Program-made: the position numbers and the translations under genes
Notes under the pieces: generated by a model
Seen by the model: the letters and a program-made list of their open reading frames with translations, nothing else
The model's database searches: none
What the model was told of the DNA's origin: nothing
From: Eledone cirrhosa
Taxonomy: Eukaryota
Direction: 5' to 3'
DNA: 64,000 nt
NCBI GenBank assembly: GCA_964016885.1
Contig: OZ024742.1
Coordinates: 252,278,001 to 252,342,000, forward strand
Shown: positions 12,476 to 25,234 of the stretch, piece after piece
How positions within the stretch are numbered: the first letter of the stretch is position 1
Layout: every line of letters starts with the position of its first letter

Positions 12476-13318
12476 TTATTTTAGATAAAATGTTATATTG
12501 TTTTAATCCAAATGAAAATAAAAATTGCCTGTTGTTAATCCCGGGGTCTAATACTATTTACCTTGTAAAATTTGATTTGATTTAGTCGAGCCACTTGAAA
12601 AGGCATAACGAAAAGACAGACAGACATATATACATATATGAAAAAGCAATGTTGTCTGATCGAGATGAAGCAAGAATGTGTTTGAATACATGTGAAAATG
12701 AGAAAACTCATCGCTAGAACAGCCGTTAAAACAGCTAAATGCTATCAAAGAATATTTATATATATAATCTATACACACACACACACACACATGTATATAT
12801 ATAATTTAAATTAAAAGATATATGCATATATATAGAAAGAAAGAGCCATATATCGTTTGAGAAACCTAGCATTTTGCACATATGTATAAAGCACATATTT
12901 AGGGAAAAGTACATACTTTAAGTCGGAAAAGTTCTTATTTTCCTTACGATACCGTTTCATACTTCGTAAACCGAAGCAAAAATCGATTTATGTAGTTAAC
13001 TGTGGCGGCAGATACAAATAGGACTGGACATCGTATCCGCTAGAAATATGTGCAAAGTACTAGTCACAGTATAAGCAGCTCAACAAATTAAGAATTTGGA
13101 GCAGTTCTATACTTTCTCTCTCTCTATATATATATACATATTTTAATTTGAATTATTGATGCTCTGAGCAAAAATCCATTCAGCTTTTCTACTGAGAAAC
13201 ATAATCATCATACATATTATGTATGTTATGATACCCTAAATTAGTATACAACTGCTCCAAATTCTTAATTGATAGAAAATAGCCGAAAATGAAAAGTTTG
13301 CTAATAAATTATATCTCG

Positions 13319-13449
<131 letters not shown>

Positions 13450-13539
13450 AAGCAACATAAGATAATTATTTCATTTACCAGTGGTTTCTTGAAAGCAAAC
13501 AAATCTTTCTTTTTTCCTGGACCTTTCCGACGGAATTAC

Positions 13540-13591
<52 letters not shown>

Positions 13592-14416
13592 CATACACAC
13601 ACATTAAGTAAGAAGAACCAATAGTTTTACACTTCCGTTTATTGTCCTACATAAATCCTATTATGCACATTTTAAAGGCATTCAAATGTCATTATGTAAT
13701 AGTTAATTAAAGCAGTCATCAGCCAGGTGGTAAAACAATATTTTTGTTTTTAGTTTTTGATATGCTTGCTGTTGAAGAGATGTTGTTCATTCAGATCCCA
13801 ATCACAACTGGTATCACTTTCACATTACCCTCTTGCATTCCAAATAATCTTGCCAGCTCCACTCATTAGCATTATTATTATTATTCATTGGGGAAATATT
13901 GTTATTTATTTTATTGTTTATTGTTACCTGTTTTCCTTCTATTTACATGCATTTATGTAAATTCCTATTGTCCCTGTTTTTTGTATTGTCCTCTCTTTTT
14001 CAACCCTAGTGGCCAATAAAGAAATACTACTACTACTAATAATAATAATGGTTTCTTATATAGGCATAAGACCAGCAATTTGGGGGGGTGGGAAAAGAAA
14101 AAAGAAAATGCCATGCCCACACAACACACGTGAAAGCCATTTAGATCAAGTGATGCCTGTGCTTGAAGCTTTTTAAGTGAAGAAAGGCCTTGCACTGGAC
14201 CAATTCTTCACTCTGAACAATAGGTACAGGTATCAAAAAAGATGTGACAGTTCAACATTATTGGTAGCCATCAAGACGCAGGTTTTACACCAGAGTTTTC
14301 CTTCTTCTAGAATGATGTCCTAACAAGAACTAAGGGCATCTCTCTCCTGGTGGGATAATCATGTTCTTGGGCACCAAATCAAGTATTTCTATATGCCCAT
14401 ACATACATACATACAT

Positions 14417-15048
14417 GTTAGGAAATTACAAGTACAATCCTTTAATGGAACAGTAAAAATATGTAAAACATTCCAAATATTCTGCATCTAATAACTGCAT
14501 ATACACATGTACAGATACAAAGCATATGCACATGCACACATACAACTCAAAACATCCACATCCACACATATAATAACATTCATACCTGCACACACATGCA
14601 TATATATCTACCTAGTTGATGTTGTGTAAATTCCAATGTGAGAGTCTTGTATCTATGTTAGAAACCGACTCTCTATTGGCAAACATTTGTGAAATTATAA
14701 AACCAGAAGAACATACATACATACATACATACATACATAGTTAGGAAATTACAAGTACAATCCATTAATGGAACAGTAAAAATATGTAAAACATTAAAAA
14801 AAGGTTGCATCTAATAACTGCATATACACATATACAGATACAAAGCATATACACATGCACACATACAACTCAAAACATATACATCCACACATACAATACC
14901 ATCTATATCTACACATGCATGCATGCAGACATGCATACATAACTACCTAGTAGATGTTGTGTAAATTCCAATGAGAGAGTCTTGTGTCTATGTTAGAAAC
15001 CGACTCTTTCTATTGGCAAAAATTTGTGAAATTATAAAACCAGAAGAA
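14417..15048. repeat. Tandem duplication of a ~320-bp unit
   Basis: gttaggaaattacaagtacaatcc...aaccagaagaac occurs twice, joined by (ACAT)n. Confidence 0.9.
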
Positions 15049-15696
15049 CATACATACATAATGATGGCTGCCCCCTCGTTATCGAGTATGGCCATTGCAT
15101 GATATACCATTATTAATAATTATTAATTAATTCTATCATGCAATGCCTGTGCATGAAGATATTTCTTAAAGTGAGGAAAGACTGTGCACTGAACCAATCC
15201 CACTCTCTGAGCGACAGTAGCTATAACCTGAAAAGAAGAAAAGATCAACATCATCGGTAACTACTGAGCCGCAGGTTTTATATCGGAATTATCCCAGTTT
15301 CCTGAATTGTCTTCTCCTAGAAGAATGCCCTAACAAAGGCTAGGGGTCCTTCACTCCCAGTGGTTTAACCGTGCAGTACATGTGTATATACATATTTACA
15401 CACTTTCGGATGGCCGTTGATTCTTATGAGTTCTTCCGCCCTTTGTCACGTTTTGTTTTTTGTCCTGCAGGGTGTCCAAAATCACCTTCCTCGCCAAGTA
15501 AACTTGGTGGGGTTGTCAGTTTAGTCGCCGACGACCCGACCATGCGACAGGTTGTACTGGGTTAGATGTTACCAGTAGCACTCAAGAGTGACCCGACATA
15601 CATACATACATTGCCCACCTATCTATCTAACTTACTGTGATTTGCTCACTTGAGTTATTTCTCTCTGAGCTCACTTTATATACATATATATATATA

Positions 15697-17740
15697 TGTA
15701 GCAAGAGTTGCCTCCCTTATCACCAGTAGCGCTCTCTAGACAGGAAGTAGCTGGAGTTACTTCCCGTTGAGGTGGCAGAGCCTTCTTTGTCACTTCTGTC
15801 CAGGGACCCCTATAAAGGAGAGAGCTGAAAGCTGTCTCCTTCTCTTTTAACCTGACTGGCCCTTCGGCCAGGCGCGTTCGCCGAGGCTATACTCTCTGGC
15901 AACCTGAACATGGTAATGTAAAGACCACTTGGTCTCTTGCGAGCTGACTTCAAAACGGTAATACAACTAACTTTAATTCATACTTTCATCTATCTTGGCA
16001 TGTCAACTATTCTGCTCTACATAACTCAACCTTGTTAAATAAATATTGTACATACAACCGAGTGTCTTGTTATATTCATACAATTCAGTCTCCTGTTATA
16101 AGTGGTGACCCCGAGAAAAAAATAATAGGATCTGGTGTGGTGTGAATATAAAAAAAAAAAGAAAATTAATTAGCAGTATTTCAAAAACAAAAATTTCCTC
16201 TAACAACATTCCACATGGATTTTTTTTTTCTACAACGAAAAATAGAAGTAATCTTTTCCTCAGCAGCAAACAAACAAGAAAAAGTTTTGCTTTTCACCTC
16301 ACGTGTTTACATCGTTTAAATGTCGCTACTTTTTCATCACTTTCAAAAAAAAATTTGAACTCTCGCCATATACAAAGCCTTTCCTTCTTTTTCATCATAT
16401 TGTCACGTTCACACACAAATTTTTCAAAATGGCTGCCAACGACTTGTTGCACTATCATTTTCGCGCCATTTTCTCGCGCAATAGAAATATTTTTTTTTTC
16501 AACTTGACTTTAACCTTGTTTCGGCACGTGTGGGAGCACACATCTCGACTCACTGAGATAACACACGTCATAGATAATGTTTCTCGACAAGAATTCTCCA
16601 GCCTTAAGCTATATTTTCCTATTTGCCGGTTTAAAAATTTACCACTTAAATTTGCCGTTGAAAATTGCGCATTTATTCAGAATGATTATTTCTTTGGTCG
16701 CTGGCCTCTTGACCCTTCCAGGTCAACGCGTTCTCAACATCGACCATCAACTTTGGCTGTTATTTCTAGCACTTTGCGCAACTCATTTTTTCTGGAAAAC
16801 TTTTTACTGTGAACGGAAACAACATCGAATAGGCTCACTCCGCGGGACAACAACAACACAGCTTCATCTTTGCTTTATCAACAACCAAAACCAGCAGAAC
16901 AAAACACAGAGAATTTATTTTTGCAGCACTCTTCCTGTGAGAAAATCCCACCAGCCTTCGGAGGTTGGGAATTTCACGTACCACAGTCCAGAAACCACCT
17001 GCATATATTCTCTTTAGGACAAACTTTCTTTTCCGTGAACTGTATTTTGAACATTTGAACCTTTTTTTAATAACTATGTTCGAGCACGTTTCTTTGCTCC
17101 TTTGACCTCTTCTTTTAGGTTGATTACACTGTATTTTGTGTGATGGATAGATAGATGTCCAGTCGTTCTCTGGCCAAGAGCGGTTGGTTACCTTGATATC
17201 TATCATTGATTTTTGCATGCTTATATTTTGCTGTTTTCCTTTTATTGCAAACACTATTTTTTGGTAATTCTCATGCCTAGACTTTGGTGTTACATGCTCG
17301 CCATCTTACTCCATACATGGTTCATTCGATTTTTATGTTTTAAAAATCTGGCGGGATGTAATGTAGCAAGAGTTGCCTCCCTTATCACCAGTAGCGCTCT
17401 CTAGACAGGAAGTAGCTGGAGTTACTTCCCGTTGAGGTGGCAGAGCCTTCTTTGTCACTTCTGTCCAGGGACCCCTATAAAGGAGAGAGCTGAAAGCTGT
17501 CTCCCTCTCTTTTAACCTGACTGGCCCTTCGGCCAGGTGCGTTCGCCGAGGCTATACTCTCTGGCAACCTGAACATGGTAATGTAAAGATCACTTGGTCT
17601 CTTGCGAGCTGACTTCAAAACGGTAATACAACTAACTTTAATTCATACTTTCATCTATCTTGGCATGTCAACTATTCTGCTCTACATAACTCAACCTTGT
17701 TAAATAAATATTGTACATACAACTGAGTATCTTGTTATAT
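15697..17740 (+). mobile_element. Non-autonomous LTR retrotransposon
   Basis: LTRs 15697-16100 and 17362-17740 (about 5 differences seen); PBS tggtgaccccg 16103-16113; PPT aatctggcggga; ~1.26-kb interior with no recognisable gag or pol. Confidence 0.93.
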
Positions 17741-19049
17741 ATATATATATCAGCAGAGAAGAATACACAGACAGACAAATATATATTCTGATATACCAAG
17801 GTTTATTTTTAGGAAATTTTAGAACTACACAAATCTTTGGGGCAGGTGACATGAACCAGTGTTTGACATTCTCCGAGTCTGAGAAGCATTTGTATTGGCT
17901 ATTTGTAACATTTCATGAGTGTTTGAAGTCTTAACCATCATATACCATGTAATCTCATGTAGTATTTGACACAAAATGTTAACTTACTACTGCACAAAAT
18001 GAGATTTAAAACAGCACAAGCAGAGGTCAACTGCACAATAAAATTATCATAGTGATATGCATGGTAAAGCAGTGGTGGTGGTGTTGTTGTTCTTTGGCTG
18101 TTGATATTCATCCTGATATAGAAATATGGTTCATTAGATATATTTGCATTTTACAACTATTTTAAAACAGTAAAAAAAAATGGAATAAATGTTTATAATA
18201 TATGGTTAGTATTTAAATAGGTTTCTAAAATAGTCACACATCTAAGATAAGATTTTGAAAAAATGATTTCTTATCAGTAATAAATGAAAATAAGTTACTG
18301 CATCTTAAAAGATATTTTTGTCATTAGATTTTCTGCAGTTATTTAATGTTTGCCTTTCTAATTTTAATTGATGTCGTTGTACATTGGAATTCTTGAAATA
18401 TAGTTGTGAACCAAAGTTTCCTGCTGTGAATAGATATACTAATGCCATAAATGCTAGACTATTCAATTTTATTTGTCTTCTATTTCTCTCTTTTAATGGT
18501 GTCTGTAACATTTATGCTTTTACAAACAGATCTGAAAATAAATATCATTCAAAGAGATATAGATGTATATATGTAGCGAAAGAAAGAAATGTTTTTCCAC
18601 AATGTTGGTCACAACCACCAAAGGATTGACATACGACCTCTCAGAGATCACTATAGATAAATTTCCACTGGGGAAGGACTCGTGGCACCAATTGTACAAA
18701 AGGAGGACATTTTCTAAAGGCCATCTTTTTCCTGTAAAGCAACTAGCAGTCATTATAAATATTCTGTCACTTGGTCCTAGGAAAATATTCTCTTATATGT
18801 AATCTGTTTGACAACACAGTTTGTCACATAGGATTACTACTGCTATTATTTCTGTGGCAACATCATTGCTGCTTTACTACCAGCTTGTCACTTTTTAAGG
18901 AAATAGCCCAAGGTAAAAAATCTGATTGCTCGCACAACACCGAGGCCTTATTGAATACTATAAACATTATTGAATACTACAATCATCAATTGTATTTACG
19001 ATTTGAAGCAGTCGTATTTTTCATTTTGTGAGGTGAATTAAAGCTATAT

Positions 19050-19372
19050 ATAATTGTTTTTACTTTTGGCACAAGGCCAGCAATTATCCCAGTGCATTAC
19101 TGGTACTTTGTTTTATCAACCCCGTAAGGATGAAAGGCAAAGTTAACCTCAGTGGGATTTGAACTCAGACTGTAAAGCATGGCATCCGACCTTCTCCCAA
19201 TACTGCCAAGCCACCACTATATATAATGGTCTCTGATTTAGGCACAAGGCCAACAATTTTGTGTTGGGAAGGAAAAATCGATTAAATCAACCCCAGTGCA
19301 TGACTGGTACTTTATTTTACCGACCCCGCAAGGATGAAAGACAAAGCTAACCTCAGCGGGATTTGATCTCAT
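19050..19372 (-). mobile_element. Two adjacent SINE family A copies
   Basis: ggcacaaggcc..aggatgaaag..gggatttga occurs twice. Confidence 0.8.
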
Positions 19373-19809
19373 TAAAGATATATATAATAAACCAGAATTG
19401 TTGTACTTACCATGATTGTCTTTTCTTATACAACAAATAGACTTCTCTTCATATAGAGTAGTCTCCTGGTATTCTTTGGGGTTATGTTCATAGAGCACCC
19501 GCAAAGAATGAAAACCGTGAATATTCAACGTGGTCCATAAAAATGCCTATAAATGTCAAAATATAATGTCAAATATAATAAAAAGGGAGGGAGGGTCTTA
19601 TGCGAAGGGGTGTCCGGCAAATACGGTATATTGTTATTAATAATTTAATGTTAAAAGTATATATATATTGCCACGAAAAAAACATAAAAATATTGCGGAA
19701 GATATTTACACTTCCGTGAATATGCGGTGGTTCCCGCAAACAATTATTAGTTAGGTTCTAAGGAAAATTCCACAAATAACCGGGACCGCGAATGATGGGG
19801 GTACATTGT

Positions 19810-20076
19810 ATATGTGTTTATGTTGTGTAGAACAGCCTATTCGTAAAATTAACATGCTAGTGGCCGAGCATTCCAAAGGTACATGTACCCATAACGTAGT
19901 TTTCAGAGAGATTCAGAATGACACAAAGTATGACAAGGTTGGCACTTTGAATAGCATTTTTGCCAACTGAGTAGACTGGAACAATATGAAATAAAGTGTC
20001 TTGCTCAAGAACAGGTGTCACAAGGAATCAAACTAACGCCCTTACAATCGTGAGCCAAACCACTAAGCCACATGCT
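19810..20076 (-). mobile_element. tRNA-headed SINE (family B head, different tail)
   Basis: Reverse complement of gcatgtggcttagtgg..ttgagcaagacactttatttca. Confidence 0.7.
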
Positions 20077-20095
20077 TAAGGATTAAAGTATATGT

Positions 20096-20610
20096 ATCAT
20101 CATCATCATCATTTTACATCTGCTTTTCCCTGCTTGCATCGTGGGATGGGTCCTCTTCAGCACAGCATCTCTCCATTTGTTACGGTCCTTCATCATCTCC
20201 ATGAGCTTCAGTGATCTGAGGTCAGCTCTCACCACCTCTGCCCATGTTTTTTGTGGTCTTCCTCTACTGCCTCTTCCTTCCACTGGGATTTCTTGGCACT
20301 TCTTTACCTAGCGGTCATCTTCCATGCGCATCACATGGATATACCAATGCAGTCTTCTCTCCTGCACACTACAGTTTATTCCTCTTATACACAGTTTCAC
20401 TCTTAACTTATTCATACTTGGTCATTCACAAACATTGATATTGCACATCCATCAGAGCACGCTTGCTTCATTTTTCTCCAGCCATTGCATAACCACCGCA
20501 GTTGCTACCCAGGTCTCACTACCGTGTATCATCATGCATCTCACACAGGCATCATACAACCAACCTTTCATTTGTGGGGAGAAACCTTTCATTGTCAACA
20601 GAGGAGTGTG
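20096..20610 (-). mobile_element. 5'-truncated RTE LINE (family of 60100-63217)
   Basis: GRPQKTWAEVVRADL C-terminus and (ATG)n tail. Confidence 0.9.
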
Positions 20611-20813
20611 AGTGTGTTAGAATCCATAGAATAATGAGAACTCAACACAAGGAAGCTGTAAAAACAGCAAAATGCCATCATTGACAGTGTTGGGTAAAAT
20701 TTACCCCAAAGGACAGAAATCAGTGACTAGAAGTGTGTTGGCTAGCAGATATATATGTGGTACCAAGACTGGGGAGACCACAAATGAGTAGTACTCCTAT
20801 ATATATATATATA

Positions 20814-23800
20814 TCATCATCATCATCATCATCATCATCAACGTTTAACATCCGTGTTCCACGCTTGCATGGGTTTGGACGGGGGTAGTCCCACTTGAGG
20901 CAAGATTGATTTTCTTGCTCGCATAGGACTGTCTGGCAGGTTTTCTACAGTTGGATGCCCTTCCTAACACCAACCACATTTACAGTGTGGGTCTGGGAGG
21001 TTTTTACCGTGTTGCCTACACGGCCACATTACAGCGTGGACTGTGTGTTTTTTTGTCGTGACACCTACACGATCTCATTTGTTTCGGCCTGGATGGCGCG
21101 GCACCAACATAACTTTACATAGAACGGGGTGGTGTGGATGGGGTGGGGTGGTGGTGGTGGGACGGGGTGTATTTTGTTAGAGATGCCTACTGGCAAGGCG
21201 GGTCTTCTCTATTACTGAGTACCGCCAAAGGTCTCGGTCCAGTGACATTGTCTTGGTGAGGTGTAAGTGTGTGAGGTCGGAGTTTATCAGCTCGTCCCAG
21301 GTTTTTCTGGGTCTGCCTATTCCGTGGCTACCGTCTATCTTTATTGCCCTGCACTTTGTTATACAGCTATCATCCTTCATGCGCATCACGTGACCATACC
21401 AACGTAGCCTTCTCTCTAGTAAACAACATCTGATCCCTCTTATTTCTAATTTTTTCCTTAGTTCGTTTATGCTTTGTCGTTCACGTATATTACTATTACA
21501 CATCCAGCGGAGCATGCAAGCTTCGTTTCTCTCTAGTCTGCGTATATCCTCTGCACACAATGCCCAGGTCTCACTGCCATGCAACATTGCTGTTCGTATG
21601 CAGGCATCGTACAGCCTGCCTTTCATTTTTAGGGAGAACCCTTTAGCGGCTAATAGTGGTATAAGCTCTCTGAACTTTTTCCACCCAGTTCTGACTCTAG
21701 CTACTGTACTTTCAGAGCACCCTCCCCCACTGCTGATTTTGTCACCCAGGTAACGGAAGCTGTCCACTATTTCTATAGAACCCTCTGCGCAGTTGAAAGA
21801 GCTAGTATTTTGTGGGCACTTGCTGCTACTTATATCCCCAGAACACCGGCCACATGTAAAATCTATGTTCTTAGTTAGCTTACCTGTGATCCCACTACAT
21901 CTTTTATGCACCCAAACTTTGCATTTGGGACACAAAATGGAATTTCTACCTACGCCTTTCCTACACTCTGCGCATGGCCACTTCCCGGAGGGGACCGCCG
22001 CCTTATTTTCTTTCTTACAAACTAGAACTTTAGTCTTAGCTAGGTTAATTTTAAGGCCTTTTGATTCTAGGCCGTGCTTCCATGTTTGGAATTTCTTCTC
22101 TAGCTCGGCCATTGATTCAGCTATGAGCGTAAGATCATCTGCGTATAGGAGTTCCCATGGGCAGCCGGTCTTGAACTCCACTGTTATAGCCTGGAGGGCA
22201 ATAATAAATAGTAGGGGGCTAAGAACAGAGCCCTGATGAACACCAACTTTTACACTAAACTCTTCACTATATTCGTTGTTAATTCTAACCTTGCTAACTG
22301 TTTCTTTATACATGGCTTGTATAGCTCTCACAAGCCATTCATCAACACCTAGTTTTCTAAGAGCCCACCAGATAATGGAACGGGGGACTCTGTCGAAGGC
22401 CTTCTCCAAGTCGACGAAAGCTAAGTATAGGGGTTTACTTTTAGCTAGGTACTTCTCCTGTAGTTGTCGTACAATGAAAAGAGCGTCTGTGGTACTTTTT
22501 CCTGACACAAACCCGAACTGCATTTCATCTAGATCAATTCGCTCTCTGATTAGTTGCGCTATAACTTTTTCCGTGACCTTCATGACCTGGTCGATTAATT
22601 TAATGCCTCTATAGTTACTCCTATCTAGGGCATCTCCTTTACCCTTATAACAGTTAACGATAATGCTGCTGCGCCAGTCCTTCGGAACAACCCCATTCTG
22701 TATGACTTGGTTGACTATCCGGGTGACCATGGTGTGTCCCACCGTACCAGATGCCTTCAGCATCTCGGCAACTATTTCCGAAGGCCCAGCCGCCTTGCCT
22801 GTCTTCATATCTTTGATTGCCTTACTTATTATACTACCCTCGACTAACACTGCTGGTCCCTCTATTGGGTCGATGTGGGGGAGACTGTCTTTCTCCCATT
22901 TATTCTCCTCATTTAGTAGCCTTTCATAGTGACACTTCCAAGCTACCTTCTTATCGGCGTCGGTGATGGCAAGTATGCCGTCATCGTTAAGTACACACTT
23001 CTCCCCGACAATATCACTGTTTTCCTTGACACATTGCCTAGCAATCCTGAACACCTCACGTTTTTGGTCATCGCGTTGTAGAACATGCTTGAACTTTCTT
23101 TCCTCTGCTTCCCTTCTTGCGAAGTACACTTGTCTCCTAGCTTCCCTCCTGGCCACTTGATAGTCTTCTCTGCTTCCCCCATCCCGCCATACTTTCCAAG
23201 CCTGCTTTTTGGCCTTAATTGACCCCTCCACCTTACTGTTCCACCACCATGTTACTCTCCTCCTGCCCACAGGCCTGCTCCAGCCACAGACTTCGTCTGC
23301 CGCCGTCAGCAGGTTTGCTTTCAGGAATTCCCACTGTTCCTCTACCTTGTACGTCTCTAATTGCTCTTCCTCACTGTCGAAAGCATCAAGTAATATGCTT
23401 TGGAATTTATTTTTGGCTGTGGGGTCCTTTAGCTTCCATATTTTTCTCCTGAGGATAGTCCTCTTCTGTTGTCTAGTACGTCTCGTCCTGACTATTAGGT
23501 CGCTAATTATCAGTCTATGTTGGGAAGTGCATTCTTCATGGGGGAGGGATTTAGTGTTTACGACAGTCACTTTGTCACGTCTTCTGGTAAGGATATAATC
23601 TACCTGGCTAGTATGTTCCCCTGATCTGTAGGTGATCAAGTGATTGTCTCGTTTTTTGAAGTTAGTGTTACAGATAGTTAGGTTATTTGCGTCGCAGAAT
23701 TCCAGGATTCTGGAGCCTTCCTCATTTCTAGTACCAAACCCATAGCCTCCATGGATTTCGTCGTAGCCGTCACAATGTTGTCCAACGTGACCGTTTAGGT

Positions 23801-24400
23801 CGCCTGCAATAATTATATAGTCACTGTCGGTTATTTGGGAGGTAGTGAGCATCAGTGTCTCATAGAATCTGTCTTTTATAGTGCTGGGCAGTCCGGATTG
23901 GGGTGCGTACGCGGATATTACTGTCACCGTAGTTCTATTGAGGACAAGTCTTATTTTAATTATTCTGTCGTTCACTCTATTTACGTCTATTATCTTATCT
24001 GCCCACTTTTCTGCTACCATGATTCCTACTCCACCCAGCCCATTGTCGTTTCCCACCCAGAAAAGCTTATAGCATCGTTTTCTACCCACAATGTATCTAG
24101 CAGATCCACCCCTCCACCTGGTCTCTTGGATACAACAAACATCGACCTCCTTACGTTCAAGCATTTCTACAACCTCGTTAGAGCGACCCTTTAAGGTGCC
24201 TACATTCAAGGTACCAAATCTGAAGTTTTGGATTGCGTTTGGGGGGGTTGGAAAGGTGGGGAGCGGGGGGAGATGGGGTTATGTTAGCCATCCGCGGCCG
24301 AAACAAAGAGGCATGCTCGCATTTTCGTCCTCGAGGTGTGATTGTCTTTAACTTTGGCATTGTCGCTGAGCGTCCAGATTTTTCTCTCTTCAACTCTCCG

Positions 24401-24403
<3 letters not shown>
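20814..24403 (-). mobile_element. Near full-length RTE-clade LINE
   Basis: Uninterrupted endonuclease-RT ORF, 3' UTR, (ATG)n tail, 24-bp flanking duplication 20774-20797 / 24443-24466. Confidence 0.97.
21177..24209 (-). CDS. RTE ORF: AP endonuclease and reverse transcriptase with PHD-like finger
   Basis: NVGTL, IQETRW, AYAP, GDLNGH, QVDYIL; FVDLEKAFDRV, GVHQGSVLSPLLF, YADD, FRYLG; CAEC..CPKC....H..C..CGRC. Confidence 0.96.
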   Translation of the reverse strand: MNVGTLKGRSNEVVEMLERKEVDVCCIQETRWRGGSARYIVGRKRCYKLFWVGNDNGLGGVGIMVAEKWADKIIDVNRVNDRIIKIRLVLNRTTVTVISAYAPQSGLPSTIKDRFYETLMLTTSQITDSDYIIIAGDLNGHVGQHCDGYDEIHGGYGFGTRNEEGSRILEFCDANNLTICNTNFKKRDNHLITYRSGEHTSQVDYILTRRRDKVTVVNTKSLPHEECTSQHRLIISDLIVRTRRTRQQKRTILRRKIWKLKDPTAKNKFQSILLDAFDSEEEQLETYKVEEQWEFLKANLLTAADEVCGWSRPVGRRRVTWWWNSKVEGSIKAKKQAWKVWRDGGSREDYQVARREARRQVYFARREAEERKFKHVLQRDDQKREVFRIARQCVKENSDIVGEKCVLNDDGILAITDADKKVAWKCHYERLLNEENKWEKDSLPHIDPIEGPAVLVEGSIISKAIKDMKTGKAAGPSEIVAEMLKASGTVGHTMVTRIVNQVIQNGVVPKDWRSSIIVNCYKGKGDALDRSNYRGIKLIDQVMKVTEKVIAQLIRERIDLDEMQFGFVSGKSTTDALFIVRQLQEKYLAKSKPLYLAFVDLEKAFDRVPRSIIWWALRKLGVDEWLVRAIQAMYKETVSKVRINNEYSEEFSVKVGVHQGSVLSPLLFIIALQAITVEFKTGCPWELLYADDLTLIAESMAELEKKFQTWKHGLESKGLKINLAKTKVLVCKKENKAAVPSGKWPCAECRKGVGRNSILCPKCKVWVHKRCSGITGKLTKNIDFTCGRCSGDISSSKCPQNTSSFNCAEGSIEIVDSFRYLGDKISSGGGCSESTVARVRTGWKKFRELIPLLAAKGFSLKMKGRLYDACIRTAMLHGSETWALCAEDIRRLERNEACMLRWMCNSNIRERQSINELRKKLEIRGIRCCLLERRLRWYGHVMRMKDDSCITKCRAIKIDGSHGIGRPRKTWDELINSDLTHLHLTKTMSLDRDLWRYSVIEKTRLASRHL

Positions 24404-24439
<36 letters not shown>

Positions 24440-24464
24440 CACGAGACTACAAATGAGTAGTACT

Positions 24465-24518
<54 letters not shown>

Positions 24519-24799
24519 TTAAAATAACATTAAAGTTTAAGCAAAGAATCGCTGCTTTCACCCTTAACGGGATCTTCTGAAACTAACAAAGTTAATCCAT
24601 GAACGCAGAAGTGAATATTTCAAAAAACGTTGTAACCGGAGGAAGACAGGAAGATGATACTTTGGTTCGTGGAAACGTTCCCTATCAAATAAGTATTTGC
24701 TCTACAGTTCTTATATATTTGATATATATTTATCCCTATCGAGCCCTCTTTGGATTTTAGTCTTCAAATTTATTATTATTACTATATATAAATATATAA

Positions 24800-24850
<51 letters not shown>

Positions 24851-25065
24851 AACACACAAAGATATATACATATCTGCATACACACTGTCAGCAGTAGTGA
24901 TATTGCACCGAAGCAAACATTGTAAATTCATAGAAATGTTCTCCCTCACCTGTCTGCTGTCAACAGTTAGACTGTACATTAACATGGCTAAGGAATTCAA
25001 TGGCATCAGAAAATAGTGTCACTGATTTCTGACAGAATTCCATTACCAAACTCTCTGATTGACAA

Positions 25066-25138
<73 letters not shown>

Positions 25139-25234
25139 TTAAGTGCGTATGTACATATATCTATATATATATATACATATATACATATATATTATGCACA
25201 TATATACACACACACACACACATATATATATATA

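Noticed and set aside
16142-17404. Overlapping ORFs inside the LTR element
   Set aside because: No gag or pol motifs; low-complexity composition.
21469-24194. Plus-strand ORFs over the RTE
   Set aside because: Antisense shadows of the RTE ORF.
24515-24630. HHR-like string (cagaaga tccc..gggt gaaa), repeated at 58545-58660
   Set aside because: The repeat is real, but neither copy has CUGA and no stem I or UH site is evident.
24940-25070. Possible host exon on the minus strand
   Set aside because: Stops in all three frames and no partner exons.
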